Of a DNA stretch of 64,000 nucleotides, positions 62,301-64,000 are shown in pieces. Each line of letters starts with the position of its first letter. Positions within the stretch are counted from its first letter, which is position 1. The translations under genes were made by a program, and so were the position numbers. This stretch comes from Dimorphilus gyrociliatus. Taxonomy: Eukaryota > Animalia > Annelida. A model generated the notes under the pieces. It was given only the letters and a program-made list of their open reading frames with translations. It was not told where the DNA came from and searched no databases. Location: the NCBI GenBank assembly GCA_904063045.1, contig CAJFCJ010000028.1, positions 558,001 through 622,000 of the forward strand, in the 5' to 3' direction.

Positions 62301-64000
62301 ATATTTAAATAGAGACTTTTTTTTCAGTTTTCTTATTACATATATACAGTATATATATATTAATATATATATATATATACATATATATTCAATATATGTA
62401 TACATTATACTTATATATATAATATAAAAGATTTTCTACAATCCCCAAAGTGAGGAAATTCGTTTTAAAACGATCCTTAGTTAAGAAAAAAAAAATCTTT
62501 TCAACCTTCTTTGTACAGTTATTTCTATTAGCAGAAACCTTCTGCAAAGTAAACTTATACCGTTCGTGTAAATTCTTTTTGGCTACGTGATATCTCGTAT
62601 CAGTTAGAGCCATTAGAATAGTACCACCTCCAAAGTAACGTTTCTTCAGCAAATAATCCGAGGAGTTCTGTTTAAAGGACGATAATAATGCATTTTAGAT
62701 ATAGTTGAATAAGAAAAAGTGAGGATAAAATCTATCCTAAGGGAATATCTCAGGGAAAAAAAAAACAAGAATTTAAGTAGGAGAGAGGATCGACAATGTT
62801 CTATTCGGGTTCCAACAGATTATCTTCTTTAAAAGATTAAAATTTCTACGGGGAATAAAAAGACAAACGAATAGTCAATATATTATGTGACAAAAGTGAC
62901 TGGTTTATCATTTATAGTTCAATTTATATTACTAAATATAGATTATTGATACGTTGTACTCACAAATTATTTGTTTTTTATTTATATCAGCTTATTTGTC
63001 GCCAGGGAAGATTAAGCTACTTTACTATAAACTGTTAAGTGTCTTATTCTCTGTTCTTTTAAACTTTTTTCTTTACATACATATTCCCGTCTTCCCTATC
63101 CTTTTTGCTAAATTTTTCATTTTTTCCCTCTATCCTTCTATCCTCTCCCATTCTCTTCCTGTTTTTTTTTCTTTTTACTACTTGTTATTTATAGACAATA
63201 CTTTAGGGACTACGCGATAAATGCGAAGAGTGTAGAGAATTTGACCTAGAAAAATGGATCGAAACTAACCTTTACAATTAATGCTCCTAAACCAGTAGGA
63301 AAGCCGAAAATTTTATAAAAACTAACGACACAAAAGTCAGGTTTGAAAGCACTTAAATCCAAGAGTGAAGTCGAGCAGAAACTAGCTGCGTCCAAAAGGA
63401 CAGAAAATCCATTATCTCGACATCTCGAAATCCATTGCAGAGGGTACTTATTCCCTGAGAAATTACTTTGAGCAGTATACATGAATAAATTATGACAACC
63501 GGCTCGTCCTGTTAAATCAAATGTTCTAGTGCATTCAATTCGCACATTGTCCTTCATTAATTCCCTGATTCCCAAGGCAGATGTATGACAATCCTATAGA
63601 AATGCAGATTTTCAACCTACTACGTGTGTTCAAAACACCTTTTGTTTCATATTAAAATTTTAATAATGTAAAGATTAAAGTTTCTAAAAAACAACAATAG
63701 AAAACTATTATAGCCTATATAATATATATATATATATATATAATATATACAGCGTAAACTGTAATACACTATATATATGAAATTGAAGATTATCTGCATT
63801 CCTCATGATAGGCGAAGATGGATGAATCCTGGAAGTCAAAAGTTTCTCCTACCAATTTAAGAGAAGCTGTTGCGCCGGAGGAAAAAATCAAGGTGTACTC
63901 GTCGGAATTAGTCTTGAAAAAGTTCAGCACCTTTTCTCTGACATTTTCTATAAGATCGTACGTAAACACGCCACTTTCGTGTTTACTGTGCGGATTAGAA
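56339..64000 (-). CDS. MOCOS: Molybdenum cofactor sulfurase (NifS-like PLP domain + MOSC domain), 5' partial
   Basis: Fifteen exons in the window: >64000-63802, 63593-63270, 62667-62561, 62016-61940, 61407-61373, 59728-59303, 58377-58279, 58190-58028, 57953-57926, 57493-57446, 57231-57140, 57053-56958, 56902-56796, 56598-56494, 56419-56339. Motifs SNPHS, FSSGATASLKL, AQSNFSG, LLDAAS, SFYKIFGFPTGLG (PLP Lys), YFGGGT, RFEDG, RTGCFCN (catalytic Cys), YPIKSCAAF, YDRQWM, RFRANL, CKRCQMICIDQ. One junction needs a non-canonical GA donor. Confidence 0.94.

Noticed and set aside
1-64000. tRNA, rRNA, major snRNA genes and CRISPR arrays
   Set aside because: No T-arm GTTCRA cloverleaf, rRNA or snRNA signature, or regularly spaced repeat array was found by eye; the window is eukaryotic.

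Overview
AT-rich (roughly 28% GC by eye) animal genomic DNA with many short (50-100 nt) spliceosomal introns, consistent with a compact spiralian genome such as a miniaturised annelid (inference). I could hand-assemble eight spliced genes with frame-consistent splice sites. (1, 2) Two tandem minus-strand paralogues at 7.6-12.5 kb encode unassigned secreted mosaic proteins: signal peptide, two galactose-binding-like domains, a FAMeT-like domain and a Cys-rich domain. (3) An orphan single-pass membrane protein at 14.2-15.2 kb. (4) After about 27 kb with no recognisable gene, a class A peptide-type GPCR at 42.2-44.0 kb. (5) GH2 beta-mannosidase. (6) KANSL2, head-to-head with (7) cyclin T. (8) Molybdenum cofactor sulfurase, whose 5' end lies outside the window. 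Notable non-coding signals: a U12-type minor intron and a GC-AG intron in cyclin T, a candidate GA-AG intron in MOCOS, a CLEAR/M-box cluster upstream of the mannosidase, about 10 CTCF-like motifs, many Tc1/mariner-footprint-like TACAGTA/TACTGTA motifs and a candidate intronic H/ACA RNA. No tRNA, rRNA, CRISPR array or intact transposon was recognised. All models are manual and untested against databases or RNA-seq.
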